The notes under the pieces are model-generated. The model had not been told where the DNA came from, ran no database searches, and saw only the letters and a list, made by a program, of their open reading frames with translations. Shown piece by piece: positions 50,674 to 64,000 of a DNA stretch of 64,000 bases. Location: positions 83,452,001 through 83,516,000 of the forward strand of contig NC_043002.1 of NCBI RefSeq assembly GCF_006345805.1, in the 5' to 3' direction. This stretch comes from Octopus sinensis (Eukaryota). Made by a program: the position numbers and the translations under genes. Every line of letters starts with the position of its first letter. The stretch's first letter is position 1.

Positions 50674-51066
50674 TTACTCTTTACTCTTTTACTTGTTTCA
50701 GTCATTTTACAGTGGCCATGCTGGAGCACCACCTTTAGTCAAGCAAATCGACCCCCAGGACTTATTCTTTGTAAGCCTAGAACTTATTCTATCAGTCTCT
50801 TTTGCCGAGCCACGAACTTACAGGGATGCAAACATACCAGCATCGGTTGTCAAGTGATGTTGGGAGGGACAGACACACAAACACACACACACATATATAC
50901 ATATACATATATACGAAAGGCTTCTTTCAGTTTCCGTCTACCAAATCCACCCACAAGGCTTTGGTTGGCCCGAGGCTATAGTAGAAGACACTTGCCCAAG
51001 GTGCCATGCAGTGGGACTGAACCCGGAACCATGTAGTTGGTAAGCAAGCTACTTACCACACAGCCG
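50674..51066 (-). mobile_element. tRNA-derived SINE, family A
   Basis: Full-length reverse copy. Confidence 0.9.
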
Positions 51067-51739
51067 AAGGACACTAAAATATCATGACAATGTTGGTTTC
51101 AAAGATTGTTGGTGTCTTAGATATGTTCAAAAGAATAAAATCCATTTGAGGTACAAGTATGGGTGTCTGGATATTACATAGAATTAGCTTTGCTAATATG
51201 TGATTTTCAGTTCTTCCTCCCTGCATAGAAGCCCGTCTTGTGTGTGTGTGTGTGTGATTATTCATGCTTTGTATCCTTCCATGGAAGCATTGAGCATAAA
51301 ATGGTGAAGTTTGTTGACATTTCTTATTAACAAACCATCCAGTAGATCTGTACTTTTGAAAACTGGATTACAAAGTTCCGTTATTTGAAAAACTGGTATT
51401 GGTTAGCAACAAGAAGGGCTGTAAAGCAATGTATTCAGAATGTATTCATTCAACTCATCCTAGCAGGGGAAAAAAAAAACAAGCATTAAATGAACCAAAT
51501 TAGTTTAGTGTTCTTACATAAACACATTTTTCTCATGCAACCATACTGGGGCACCACCCTCAAGGATCTTCTGTCAATCATATCCACCACAGTACTTATT
51601 TTAAAGATATTTATTTCATGCATCGGTAAGTAGCCTTGATATGAAGGGATGCGATACTAGCTTAGACTAGTAAACATAAACACAGACACATACACTATAA
51701 TATAAGCAAACTTCTCATATAGGCTTATATATATATGAG

Positions 51740-51790
<51 letters not shown>

Positions 51791-52167
51791 TTTATTATTG
51801 CTTTTATTTATATATATATATATAGGTACAGGGATAGCCTGTGTAAGAAGTTTGCTTCTCGATCACATGGTTTTGAGTTCTGTCCCACTGTGTGGTACCT
51901 TTAGCAAGTGTCTTCTAATATAGCCCCAGGCTGACCAAAGTTAGTGGAAACTGAAAGAAGCCTGCCATACATATTTGTGTGTATGTTTATCTCCTTGTTT
52001 TGATAGTGTATGATAGTTGTAAATGAATGTCACTGTCATCCATTCCTAATAATTTACAAGAACATGTCTGGCTCTGGGGAAAATGTTATTGTGCCAGGAA
52101 ACAGGTGAGGGTTGGGAATAGGAAGGACATCTGGCCACAGAATAACTGCTTCAATAGTCTTCATCTG

Positions 52168-52560
52168 ATTCATCATCATCATCATCGTTTAACGTCCGTT
52201 TTCCGCGCTAGCATGGGTTGGACGGTTCGACTGGGGCTGCACTAGGCTCCAGTCTGATCTGGCAGTGTTTCTACAGCTGGATGCCATTCCTAACGCCAAC
52301 CACTCCGCGAGTGTAGTGGGTGCTTTTTACGTGCCACCGGCACAGTTGCCAGGGGAGTCTGGCATCGACCCCGATCGGTTGGTGCTTTTAATGTGCCACT
52401 GGCACGGAAGCCAGTCAAGGCGGCACTGGCATCGGCCACGTTCGGATGGTGCCTTTTACGTTCCACCGGCACGGAAGCCAGTCGAGGCGGCGCTGGCATT
52501 GACCACGTTCGGATGGTGCTTTTTATGTGCCACCGGGACAGGTATCACAACTACTCTTTC
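52168..52560 (-). mobile_element. Family E element
   Basis: 4 subrepeats plus core plus (CAT)n. Confidence 0.85.
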
Positions 52561-53276
52561 CATTGACATTTATTTCAGTGTGGAAAATGATGATGATAAT
52601 ATATATCATTATTGTAGTGTCCACCTTCTCTATACTGAAGAAACTTGTCAAGACAGATTTTTTTTTAGCTGGATGCTCTTCCAGCAGCCTACCTTCTGTT
52701 TCCAATGAACAGCTCAGTGACTGGCAACTTTTCGTAGCAGATTGCAAATACATTGTTCATGTGGATGGTGATCTTGTTTCAATCTCAAGACGAAAGGTAC
52801 ACACAAGCTCATATACATGCCACCCCACCCATACACATCACACAATGAGCTTTGTTAGAATCTCCATCTAAGAATGCTTCTCCCAATACATTGGTCAGCC
52901 TGAGGCCATAGTAGAAGACACCAGCCCAAGTGCATGGAGTTGGAACAAACTACATATTTTTAGTGAATTCCTTAACCATACAAACATATTTGTGCTTACC
53001 ATTATTGCTTTTAATATCCACTTTCCTATGCTTGCATGGGCTGGGTGGAATTTTTGAGGCAGATGTTGTACAGCCAGATACCATTCCTGTCACCGCCCTT
53101 GCTTGTTTTCAAGCCTAGATATGTTGTCACAGAGTATTGGAAATGAATGGCATTCATTTACAATGTGATATCAAGATAAAGAAGCACAAACATATATGCA
53201 TTCACATACATACATACATACATGCACTCACATGTGTGTGTGTGTGTGTGTGTACATATATATATATATATATATA

Positions 53277-53502
53277 TGGTGAGCTGGCAGAAATGTTAGC
53301 ACGCCAGGTGAAATGCTTAGTAGTATTTCATCTGTCACTACGTTCTGAGTTCAACTTCTGCCGAGGTCGACTTTGCCTTTCATCCTTTCGGGGTCGATTA
53401 AATAAGTACTAGTTACACACTGGGGTCGATATTATCGACTTAATCCATTTGTCTGTCCTTGTTTGTCCTCTCTGTGTTTAGCCCCTTGTGTGTAGTAAAG
53501 AA
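53277..53502 (+). mobile_element. tRNA-derived SINE, family D
   Basis: Full-length copy between (TA)n tracts. Confidence 0.85.
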
Positions 53503-54711
53503 ATATATATATATATATATACATATATTATATTAAATTAGAGACAAAACCATATATATATGGCATGCAGTAGGAATGAAACAAACTATTTGGTTGGGAG
53601 GCAAGCTTCTTAACCACACCGCCACACCACTCAGCAAGTATTAACTTTAGACTATGTAGAGAATCTACTTGTCCAAAATATTATGCAGTGGCATCAAACA
53701 TATGACCACTTGGCTGCGAAGCTAACTTCTCATCTATACTGCTATGTCGGTGCCTTTTAATTAACTTTGCTCTCGATTAAACCTGCACCAGTTATAGTTG
53801 ATACATATCTAATAATGTATAACAATAACTTTAATATAATTCTATTTTTTATTTCAAAGAAGTTTTTTTTTTTTATTCTCACCAGTCAGTGAGAACTGAA
53901 TATTAGATTAGTTTTCAGTACCAGTACAATGTGAGTGATGAATAAATTAATATACTGAGTCATATTTGTCTGTATTTCATTGCTTATCCCCAGGTCAACT
54001 CCTATCAAGATACTTATGATCAAAAGCATTCCAACCATGGCCATCCACAATCACCATACCATCACTAGCATCTCATGTGTACACTGATGACTCTAATGCA
54101 CACATATTTTCTAACAGCCCCTACCACTACCAGACAAATAAACTGACTTTGAAGTTGTATATCTAACAGACCATTTTTTTAATCACATCCTTTCTTGTCT
54201 CTGTAGGTCTTTTTTTTTTTTTACTGTTTTACTACTGTACTGCATCATACTGCATTCTTAGAAAAAGAGAATTCCTCATCAGCATGGGCATGGTTTTGCT
54301 GTAATGAAGTTTGCTTCACAACCTTATGATTTTGTGTTCAATCCCACTGTATGGCATTGCAGAGCAAATATCTTCTACTGTAACCCTGATCCATTGCAAT
54401 GCCTTGTGAATAGAATTACGAGACAAATTGTGTGGTAGCCTGTCAGTTATTCAGTCACACACACACACACAGATACAGGCAGCCATTGACTTTTTTATAA
54501 AAAGGTTTTTTATTCAACCCAATATTTATATGCTATTATTTATAGCGTTATCTTAGATTTACCATTCCAAAAAAGGAACTCTATAGATATATGTTTGTTT
54601 GTATGTGGGTATACAAGAAGGTCAATTTACATATTGTCATTAGCATTATCTGAGCAAAGGGCAGTGAAATTGTTTACTTTCTCCAGTGAACAAATATTCT
54701 ATCAGTGGATA

Positions 54712-55103
54712 CTCTTTACCCTATTCTTTTACTTGTTTCAGTCATTTGACTGCGGCTATGCTGGAGCACCGCCTTTAGTCGAGCAACTCGACCCCAGGAC
54801 TTATTCTTTTGTAAGCCCAGTACTTATTCTATCGGTCTCTTTTGCCGAACCGCTAAGTAACGGGGACATAAACACACCAGCATCGGTTGTCAAGCAATGC
54901 TAGGGGGACAAACACACACACATACATACATATATATATACGACAGGCTTCTTTCAGTTTCCATCTACCAAATCCACTCACAAGGCTTTGGTCAGCCCGA
55001 GGCTATAGTAGAAGACACTTGTCCAAGGTGCCACGCAGTGGGACTGAACCTGGAACCATGTGGTCAGTAAACAAGCTACTTACCACACAGCCACTCCTGC
55101 GCC
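54712..55103 (-). mobile_element. tRNA-derived SINE, family A
   Basis: Full-length reverse copy. Confidence 0.9.
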
Positions 55104-55899
55104 TATGTGTATGATGTGTAAGGATCAGTGAAATGTTAAAATATATTACAGGATAAATAAGGCCTGGCAACAGGAAGAGCATCCAACTGTAGAAAATCTA
55201 CCTCAAAAAGTTTCATATAGCCCATTCTGGTGTGGGAAAATACACATAGAAACAGTAATGTTGGTGGTAGTACCATAATATCAGCAGTGGCAGTGATGAT
55301 AATAGTTTCAAATTTTGGAACAAGACCAGCAATTTCAGGTTTGGAGGTAAGTTGATTACATCAACCCCATTGCTCAACTGGTGCTTATTTCATCAACCCC
55401 TAAAGGATGAAAGGTAAAGTGGACTTTGGTGGAATTTGAACTCAGAACATAAAGATGGACAAAATGCAGCTAATCATTTTTCCTGGCATGCTAATGATTC
55501 TGCCAGCTCGTTACCTTAGTGGTGGCAATAATCTTACTATAAAGGGCATTATGTCTGTCTGTTTGTGTGTTCCCTCTTCACTGCCAGACAGCTGGGCCAA
55601 TGGTTACAATATTTTTTGGGATTACAAAGATGGTCATCAGGAAGGTTTTTAGCATCAAAAATATCAGAAAGTATGATTATTTTGTGGGTATTGATTTTTG
55701 AATTGATTAACCACCTTCGCATTTTTACTAAATATTCACCGACAGTGAGTAACTCTGAATTTTCGTTGTATAGTTTGTGGCCCCGTCATAGATACAAAAG
55801 GGGTCACGAGGATTGTTAGTAGTGAAAAGTAAATGTAAAAAAGTGTGTGTGATTATTTAGTGGTTATTGAAGTGTGTCAGTCTTGAACAGGATTCAAAA

Positions 55900-56651
55900 T
55901 GGTTAACTGAAGTGGCTGTTGTTTACATCTTAGTTTTGTCAATTAGAATAACCCATGGTACCAGAACATCCACACATTATTCGCATAGAACAGTGAGAGG
56001 TAAGTCTTAGTTAGATTTTTTGCAATCCTTAAGATTCTGCTCACACAGTCATAACAAACAAAGCACAGGGCCAGACTTTAGATGATGTAGGTGTATTTTT
56101 ACCCACTCCGATGTTTACACATGGCCAATTGTATGTTGCGATGAGTAGAGCAACAGACTCCAGAAATTTGAAAGTTAGTATCGACCAAACAGAAAATATC
56201 ATCTACAAAGAAGTTTTGTAATCATATTGATATTATCAAAAGGAATAGGATTCATAATTCAAATAAAGAAATTTGTGAAATTTGAATGTATACGAGTATA
56301 AACATGTGTAAAATAGTGTAAACAACTAAAATAAAAGTACATCTAAATAACATTTTTTTCTTAATACTTTTAATGTAGTGGTCAAAGAAAGCTCTGACTT
56401 TCATTAGGAATGGTCCACATAACCATTCATGATGCAGAGGCTAGGAGCCTATTTCAGCTCGGGAGTGAATCGTCATCACATGTCACTTAGTCACAAACAC
56501 ACGTCATACAGCTGCAACAGAATGCTGTATCACCAACAATAATGTGATTTCTGTAAGACATCACCCAATAATCTATCATGTCCATTTACACATTCCTCAA
56601 TACATACTACTGTTATGACTTGCCTCCATCGTAGATGGGCAGATTTGCTAG
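55900..56651 (+). mobile_element. Helitron 3' portion (5' boundary not defined)
   Basis: PIF1-helicase C-terminus, then a GC-rich hairpin GCCTCCATCGTAGATGGGC (56622-56640), then a CTAG terminus (56648-56651) followed by T. This is the canonical Helitron 3' end. Confidence 0.85.
56048..56221 (+). pseudogene. Helitron RepHel PIF1-family helicase C-terminal fragment
   Basis: VITNKAQGQTLDDVGVFLPTPMFTHGQLYVAMSRATDSRNLKVSIDQTENIIYKEVL* matches helicase motifs V (T-NK-QGQTL) and VI (HGQLYVA-SR) and the typical NI-YKEVL end. The upstream frame is interrupted by stops. Confidence 0.9.
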
Positions 56652-57729
56652 TAATGATAATGACAACAATGCTGCTGCTGTCACAGACAGTGTTGTTTCT
56701 GCATTACAATGTGAACCCTGTTTGTACCTAAATCCACTCTAGCACACTAAATGGGTCCCATTCACTAACTTCATATCTTACTCTTTAGTTGGAGAGTTTG
56801 TAGAATGTTGAGTAAATTCAGTTGCTACAAGTCAAAAGTCTGACATATCAAGGCTTTTGCTCTTCAATACTTCTTGTACTGCCAACCAGGTTAACAACAA
56901 CTTTACCCTCATCTGCTGTCTGTTGAAAGATAGAGCCAGAAACATCAGACTTCCTACTTGTCACAGTATTCATTGTTACTGACACCAACCCTCACCAGTT
57001 TGTTGGATTCTTGACTGTACTTTAGTCTTTAGTTTTTGGCTTGCTCATTTGTTGGTTATAGCAGAGTTTGTGATCCACCTGACGTTTTGATTCTTTGCCA
57101 ATCTTCCTAAAATATCATTACGCGTCATTGTGCACCCACTGATATCTAATTCCACACTGCTCACTTTTCATATAGTTTTCTTTGTGAAGTACTGTAACAT
57201 TTCTGTTTGCGATTTCACTGCCCACACAATATCTAATTTCTCCTTTCTCAGTTTCTTCCTTTCTTTTCTTGTGAAGTACTATAAAATAATCTCATATTTC
57301 ATCATCCAAAGTTCCAAAATTTATACATGACACATAGCAGCTAACATTTCTATTTCTGTCCATGATATCTGTATGGGGAGAATGTCATAAATCTGAAAAG
57401 GTATCTATCAATGGTTCTCAATCTTTTGCTATTACAACCCATTTTGGTAAATTCATAATTTTTCCTGATTCTTCTGACTTTTTTTTTTTAAATATATTCA
57501 ATAGAGATGCACTTAACATTTGATATATTTTGTGATGAAATTTTCCTCAGTTTTTGTTCACAGTAAATGTATTGTTTGATTAATTGTCTGACATTTTCAT
57601 GAAAATTTTGTATTTTATTAAACACTTCAAACATAAAATAGTTTGCACACCAGAAGATAGCTTCATTCTGTCAGGTACAAAACCTCAAGGTTCCCACCAT
57701 CAGTGTTAGCAAAAAGGAGATAAAGCTGG

Positions 57730-59270
57730 AGATGTAGATATGCAGGAGTGGAGGTAAGAACATATGTGCTGTATATCAGTGGTAAGCTAGACTCCCCAGG
57801 AACACAATTACTAATTCTTTGGGGTGAGTAACAGCTTGGGTGGGTGAAATAGGTATATTGTTGGAAGAGAAATGTATAAAGTAATCAAAGTAGAGTATGT
57901 AAGGAAATAATTAGGCTTAGACTAGTCATGGACAACACAACAATAATGCTCATTAGTCAGGACTGGGAGATGAGCAAAAGGACTGATTCTGTGAGGTCCT
58001 CTTACAGAATCTCTTGATAATGAATCGGCTTCATTACTACAGCTGGTGGGTTTTAATGGGCATGTTAGGCAATAGCATCATGACACTCCAGTGTACCTGG
58101 AAGTATGAATATGGCACAAGGAATGAGGAGGGACTGAGGCAGGTGACCCGGATGTCTGCAACTCTAACTTCAGTTAACTGCTGATCACTTACCAGTGAGG
58201 TGAAGATGCAAGCCAGGTAGATTCCATACTCACCAGGAATCAGATTAAGCAGCTGGTTCTTCCTCTGTGAAGAATGTACCACACAACACAACCTAGTGGT
58301 TAGCAACCTTAAGATAAAAGCTAGGCAGATTCAGAAATCCACAATTTGGAGAAATAATGTGTAGGAGGTGAGAGATCTCTCAACAAGATGCAGGTTCAGA
58401 GAAATACTAGTTGACATATATTGAGGAGACAGAAACCTATAAAATAGGGAGGAGAACTGGGAATTTCTGTAAGATTCGCATACCATATTTGTGAATGGAA
58501 CAAGGTTCTAGCCAGATGAAAGGCGACATAGTGGTGAAATAATACAGTAAATAGAGACATATATCTAAGTGACAGGCCAGGGAAGATTCGAAGTAATTGA
58601 GGAACAGGGAATGATATCAGTTTACTTAGAAGGGGAGTTAGACAGTTTTAGCAAACTGATATGAGAGAAACTGAAAGTAAAAGGTTTGCCAGTGCTCAGA
58701 GGTGTAAGGTGTTCCAGATTGCAAAATCGCTTGTCGGTGTGAATCAAGACATTGTTGGGGAAAAGTGTGTTTAAAATAATAGTGGTGCACTTACCTTCAT
58801 TGATGCTGAGAAGAGGCATTGAAGCTTTAATATGAGATGTTGCTGAATGAGGAGAATGTATTGGAGAGTGATGACTACCCAGAATAAACTAAACACGGGG
58901 ATCAACTTTTGAAATTGATAGGTGTATAATTGAAAACACAAAGATATGAAATTAGATGAAACAGCCGCACTATCAGAGATATCTGAGACACTGAAATTCT
59001 GTGGCAGTGCGAGATGCTCATAACTTACTCACATAGTCAAGGAGTAACTAAAGAAGTATCACATTAATGAACCAAATTCTTAATGAGACAATTACATGAT
59101 GGTTGGATAAAACAATCCAAATATGAAGAACATGTGGAAGAAGACAACCAAGGAAGATATGTTGTGAAAGTGAAGGAGGATATGAGTTGTTAAAGTGTGG
59201 AGTTGAAGAAGGAGATCGTAAAAGACACAACAAATGACAAGACAACATATTGGAGAAAACCTATCCAATC
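57730..59270 (+). mobile_element. Highly degenerate RTE-clade LINE endonuclease/linker region
   Basis: The motifs GFNGHV, YEYGTRNEEGLR and SQVDSILTR occur in the expected APE-domain order. Many stops and frameshifts. Confidence 0.65.
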
Positions 59271-59296
59271 CATAGATGAATCAAAAAATAATGTAC

Positions 59297-59650
59297 AGGT
59301 GCAGGAGTGACTGTGTGGTTAGTAGCTTGCTTACCAAGCACATGGTTCCGGGTTCATTCCCACTGCAAGTGTCTTTTACTATAGCCTCGGGCCGACCAAA
59401 GCCTTGTGAGTGGATTTGGCAGACAGAAACTGAAAGAAGCCCATCGTATGTATGTGTATATGTTTGTGTGTCTGTGTTTGTCCCCCCCAACATCCCTCGA
59501 CAACCGATGCTGGTGTGTTTACATCCCCGTAACTTAGTGGTTCAGCAAAAGCAACCTATACAATAAGTCCTGGGGTCGATTTCCTCGGCTAAAGGTGGTG
59601 CTCCAGCATGGCCGCAGTCAAATGACTGAAACAAGTAAAAGAGTAAAAAT
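59297..59650 (+). mobile_element. tRNA-derived SINE, family A
   Basis: Copy with two small internal deletions. Confidence 0.9.
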
Positions 59651-60659
59651 GAGTATGATAATGGTTCTGTTTGTATTATCATACCATTGGCCACTCTATC
59701 TCAGCATATTTCAGCTAAATGATAGTTGAGCCCAATCTTATTCTCTATTAAATAGAAGTCTTATCTTGAAGTAGATAACAGTTCCACATCTAACTACAGT
59801 AGATTAAATGACAGTATTGTTCCCTTTCTCTATTTGGTTCTAAATAATGGCATTGATTTAAATAGTAATTTCTTAACCAAAAAAAAATCTATATTAGGCT
59901 TGCACAACATACAGCATGGCAGTGAATTGGCTTTATTGTTCTCAAATGAGCTTCCCTGCTTCAGAGGAGACCCCTTTTTAAGTCTGTAAAAATAAGTGTT
60001 TGTGCATTAAAAAATAAAACATTTTGCACTTCAAGGAATGAAAATACAATTCTGAATACATATTTAAGTATTATACTTTTTCTTTTCTTTTTTTTTTTTG
60101 TGTGAACTAGTTGATATTTGGCTTGGTTCTGCCAACCTTTTGATCCATAACATACCAGGTATAACAACCCATCTAGAACCACAGTAAATGACGTGGCCTT
60201 TTTTAAGGTGATAAGTAATGATTAGAGTGATTTTGGCTGCTATTCTTAGCTGGTCAACTAACCACATATGTGGCTTCATCATTGGCTCATTGTAAGATAA
60301 TTGTCAGCAGAGCAGCCAATGCTCTTTGCTACTTTGGTGAAGTAATATCAATTCCACTCCCAGCTTTAAATAGCTCTCTGGCAGTAGTTTGTAAAGCAAT
60401 TTAACTGTATTATTAATGATAAGAACTTTTATCACTGAAAGTTATAAAAATCTTGAGAAAAACAAGCTAGAAATTCAGCTGACTAATGTATTTGAATATT
60501 TTGACGCTGTGTAAACAGATTTTATGAAATACCTATTAGAGTCCTATAGCAAAATAAGTTGAGTATTAGAATTAAAAAGGATAGATGCAACCATGCACAC
60601 ACATGCACAGAGAGAGATAGTATATTTCAGTTTTACATATAACTTGTCTTGGATTTGAG

Positions 60660-61026
60660 TGCCTATGTGGTAAGTAGCTTGCTTACGAACCACATGGTTC
60701 TGGGTTCAGTCCCACTGCGTGGCACCTTGGGCAAGTGTCTTCTACTATAGCCTCGGGCCGACCAAAGCTTTGTGAGTGGATTTGGTAGACGGAAACTGAA
60801 AGAAGCCTATCAATTATATGTATATATATATGTGTGTGTGTGTGTGTATGTTTGTGTTTGTCCCCCCAACATCGCTTGACAACCGATGCTGGTGTGTTTA
60901 CGTCCCCGTAACTTAGCGGTTCGGCAAAAAAGACCGATAGAATAAGTCCTGGGGTCGATTTGCACGACTAAAGGTGGTGCTCCAGCATGGCCACAGTCAA
61001 ATGACTGAAACAAATAAAAGAGAGTA
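60660..61026 (+). mobile_element. tRNA-derived SINE, family A
   Basis: Near full-length copy. Confidence 0.9.
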
Positions 61027-61203
61027 TATCTGATTTATTTTGTTTCCTTATACTCAATGTTTTATGAATTTTAATAAATTTTTGTAATCATTAGATAGAA
61101 AATTATTAAAAAATTTTAATCAAGTTTTTAAAAAAAATTCTTATGACAACTTACTTGTTAAATATATAGTTAGTTAAATTGTGATAAAACAACTAAACAA
61201 TAG

Positions 61204-61570
61204 CTATAACGAATTTGAATAAATAGTGGGTTTCTTTAACCACGGGGTTAAAGAAACCCATTATTTTAAAGATTTTGGGTGGGATCCATGCAATAATATA
61301 GTAAATTGGGGGATTCACAATAGTATTTTAAGGGCTCCTGAAAATTTTTTAGATATATTTATTGGTTTGTACTGCAAGAACAACTAAGTTTCTTTCTCTA
61401 ACATTTTACAGAGTTCAACTTACACAACTTAATGTGTGGAAAACAAAATAGGAATTTTGAAAGAAGTTTCTATAAAACTAGTTTTTCAGCATTGAATGAC
61501 TATGGGGGTCCAGCAGAATAAAATAGTAATCAAATGGGTCCATAGATTAAAAAATGATTGAGAACCCCTG
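61204..61570. mobile_element. Diverged hAT-Charlie-type MITE
   Basis: The 3' end GATTGAGAACCCCTG and subterminal sequence resemble 62089-62324. The 5' end is degenerate. Confidence 0.5.
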
Positions 61571-62088
61571 TTTTAACCATTTCAAATGGAAGTGTTTAGC
61601 TCTATTATCTGAAGTGACATGTTGAGACTTTAACATGTGATTTCTTTGAAAATGTTAGCCATAAAATCATGTTCTCCACAGTATCAATACTTATTAGCAG
61701 GCAATGTTGTGAAAAAAATATTTTACCATTATCTATTCATCATCCTCTGCAGCAGGAATATTATGGCTGCATCCCCTGGTGAAGAGGATTGGCCTGAAAG
61801 AGTCCTGTACTGGTGCCATGCAAAAAGCTCTTGGACTGGTGCCATGTAAAAGTGCTCATGCCAGTGCCACATTAAAAGCACTCAGTACACACTTTAAGGT
61901 GGTTGGCATTAGGAAGGGTATCCAGCCATAGAAATCAAGCTAAATCAGACTGGAACCTGGTCCAGCTCTCCAGCTTGCCAACTCTGGTCAAACCATCCAA
62001 TCTATGCCAGTATGGAAAATAAACGTTAAAGGATGATTATTATTATTATTATTATTATTATTATTTAAATTTTTTCCTAGGTCTAGAG

Positions 62089-62324
62089 CAGTGATTCTCA
62101 AACAGGGTCCATATAAGATTTTGTTGTTAAAGCTTGTGCACAATAAATTGGTTATACTTCTACAATACACAAAATATTTTAATAATTTTTAAAAATACAA
62201 TTCTTAATGGTATTTAATTATAAAAATATAATAGGATTTTGTAAACATCAAATGGCTATGAAAGTCTACCTGAGTAATATAGGAATCTAAGGGCGCACTG
62301 GTAAAATATGGTTGAGAACCACTG
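62089..62324. mobile_element. hAT-Charlie-type MITE
   Basis: CAGTGATTCTCAA...TTGAGAACCACTG termini. TSD GTCTAGAG/ATCTAGAG fits the NTCTAGAN Charlie target motif. Confidence 0.85.
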
Positions 62325-63304
62325 ATCTAGAGGGAAGGGCAATACTCATGGTTTTGAAGGCCCTCAGAGACTGGGTAAGAGGAAAGTGTGAGTGTAGTGG
62401 TTAGTGCTGGGTCATAGGTAGTGGTGGACATAATAAAGGTGACAAGAGGTCGAGAGACAAATAGGTCAGAAGTGACTGTGTGGAGAAGGTACAAGACGAC
62501 TTTGAGGTATAGAGGCCATTGTAGCAACATAGTAGTAGTTGAAAAAGGGAGAGAGAAGACAAAGCTCAACTGTGTTTCAGAGCCTGGGGAATGTCTGTGA
62601 GTGTTTTGTTTAGATTTTGATCAAATGAATTCAGTTTAACCATTTGGATTTATAACACCTGGAAACTAATTATTAGCATTGGTTAAGGTGAGTTAATACT
62701 TTTGTTATGGTTATCAATAAATTATGTAGGAGCGTATACTATTGAGGTTGAAGTACATTATTCATTTTCTTAGTTTAGGCAGTAGAACAAGAACAATGCT
62801 CATGATCCTATTCAGAGTTTAGTTGGTGGATAGAAGGATGTTATACTCAATCTAGAGACCTGGTTGAATGCTTCTAATATAGAATGGTATTCATCTAAGA
62901 GGAGTCTGGTGATTGACAATGTGTGCCCCATTTTAATAAAATTATTTTAGGTTCTCTTAATAGTTCACATTTTACCTTGCTTTGCAATCAACAGATCTCA
63001 GTTGTTAGCTAAAGAAGCCCCTAGGAAAGCATTTCTAATTTAAACTTATGCTTCCTGGAGCTGGTCAATGTAATATTTTAGGGCTTCTGTAGTTCACAAT
63101 AATTTTAGATATAATATTTTTCAAGTAAAATCTCTTAAAATTAGGAGGATGTTCTATGCATTAGGGCAAATCCAAAACTGAGGATGAAATACCTTCCAAT
63201 AATTCTCTGTTAATGATTTCTTTATAAATGATAGATAAAAATAATCTCCTGCTCCTTTGATTAAATAAAAGCAGTATTCTAAACTGAATATAACAAATAT
63301 TTAA

Positions 63305-63500
63305 CCTTTTAGCATTTAATTTGGCCATATCTGGTCCAAATATTCTACCTGTTTTATGTTTAAACTGACCTGATCCAACCTCTCACACTTATCCTACAAT
63401 GTCATTCTAAAAATATACAAGTACACCATTAAAATCTTGAAGCTACAAAGTAATGTGTGATTAATTCAAAACAATGTGAAGAAATTGAGCACTAAACGGG
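63305..63500. mobile_element. piggyBac-type MITE (family 1, reverse orientation)
   Basis: TTAA at 63301 and 63501. The internal sequence is the reverse complement of the 3866-4071 family. Confidence 0.75.
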
Positions 63501-64000
63501 TTAAAGACTGTAATATCATTTCATAAAACCTTGAATTAATATTATCGCATCTTACTACTTTGAAATGTCTGTCAGTGAGTTTTAAATACAGATATTTTTT
63601 TTAAAAAATAATAGTGAAATAATAATTGGATTATCCTGGTTTGTAATTTCACTTTGAATCAGAAAATTGGCTGGATTTGGAAAACAATTTTCATTAATTT
63701 TTTATTATTAACTTTTCATTAATTAATATTTTAAACAGAAAATCATGCATTTAGAGAAAACCCAAAACAATGTATATATTCCAAAAATAGCTCTCTCTCT
63801 CTCTCATACACACACACACACACATACTATAATTACTTATTATAAGTTGTACCCTGGTGTTTTCCAATTTAAATCACGTATAAAATAGTGTGACTTAAAT
63901 ATGTGAAATATGGTATATGGGGTGGCTGTGCATTAAGAACCTTGGTTCCCAACCCCATGGTTCTGGGTTCAGTCCCACTGCGTGGCACTTTGGGCAAGTT

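Noticed and set aside
47374-55114. Recurrent ORFs containing HLPKVPRSGTEPGTM, DGLLSVSVYQIHSQGF or FLQLDALPNANHS
   Set aside because: They are chance open frames in multi-copy SINE and family-E sequence.
55947-55999. 53-nt AG/GTAAGT exon candidate with a kinase-like HPHIIRI stretch
   Set aside because: It lies in the Helitron helicase remnant, directly upstream of motif V, and the HPHII frame hits a stop.
56830-57400. Minus-strand coding-like text (KLRKEKLDIVWAV) and a similar + strand stretch at 62335-62580
   Set aside because: Possibly very old RTE endonuclease fragments, but the motifs are too degraded to support a call.

Overview
AT-rich, repeat-dominated eukaryotic DNA. The repeat families look like those of an octopus/coleoid cephalopod genome; this is recognition from memory, not a database result. 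There is no complete protein-coding gene, and nearly all supplied ORFs are translations of microsatellites or SINEs. The window holds many tRNA-derived SINEs (several families), RTE- and CR1-type LINE fragments, Penelope-like remnants, piggyBac-, Tc1- and hAT-type MITEs with recognisable TIRs/TSDs, a Helitron 3' end with a PIF1-helicase C-terminal fragment, and long microsatellites. The most interesting features are: (1) a cluster of three strong and one weaker pre-miRNA-like hairpins in unique sequence at 19.3-22.0 kb, whose G-U wobbles mostly favour the + strand; (2) a candidate ATG-containing exon with a strong donor at 24.65-24.77 kb in a CpG-retaining zone, so most of the downstream window may be one large intron; (3) a minimal hammerhead-ribozyme motif in a Penelope-like remnant at 32.0 kb, with a decayed paralogue at 23.45 kb; (4) a near-perfect palindrome with 99-bp arms at 41.5 kb; (5) a 4-kb nested transposon stack bounded by one hAT element with an exact 8-bp TSD.
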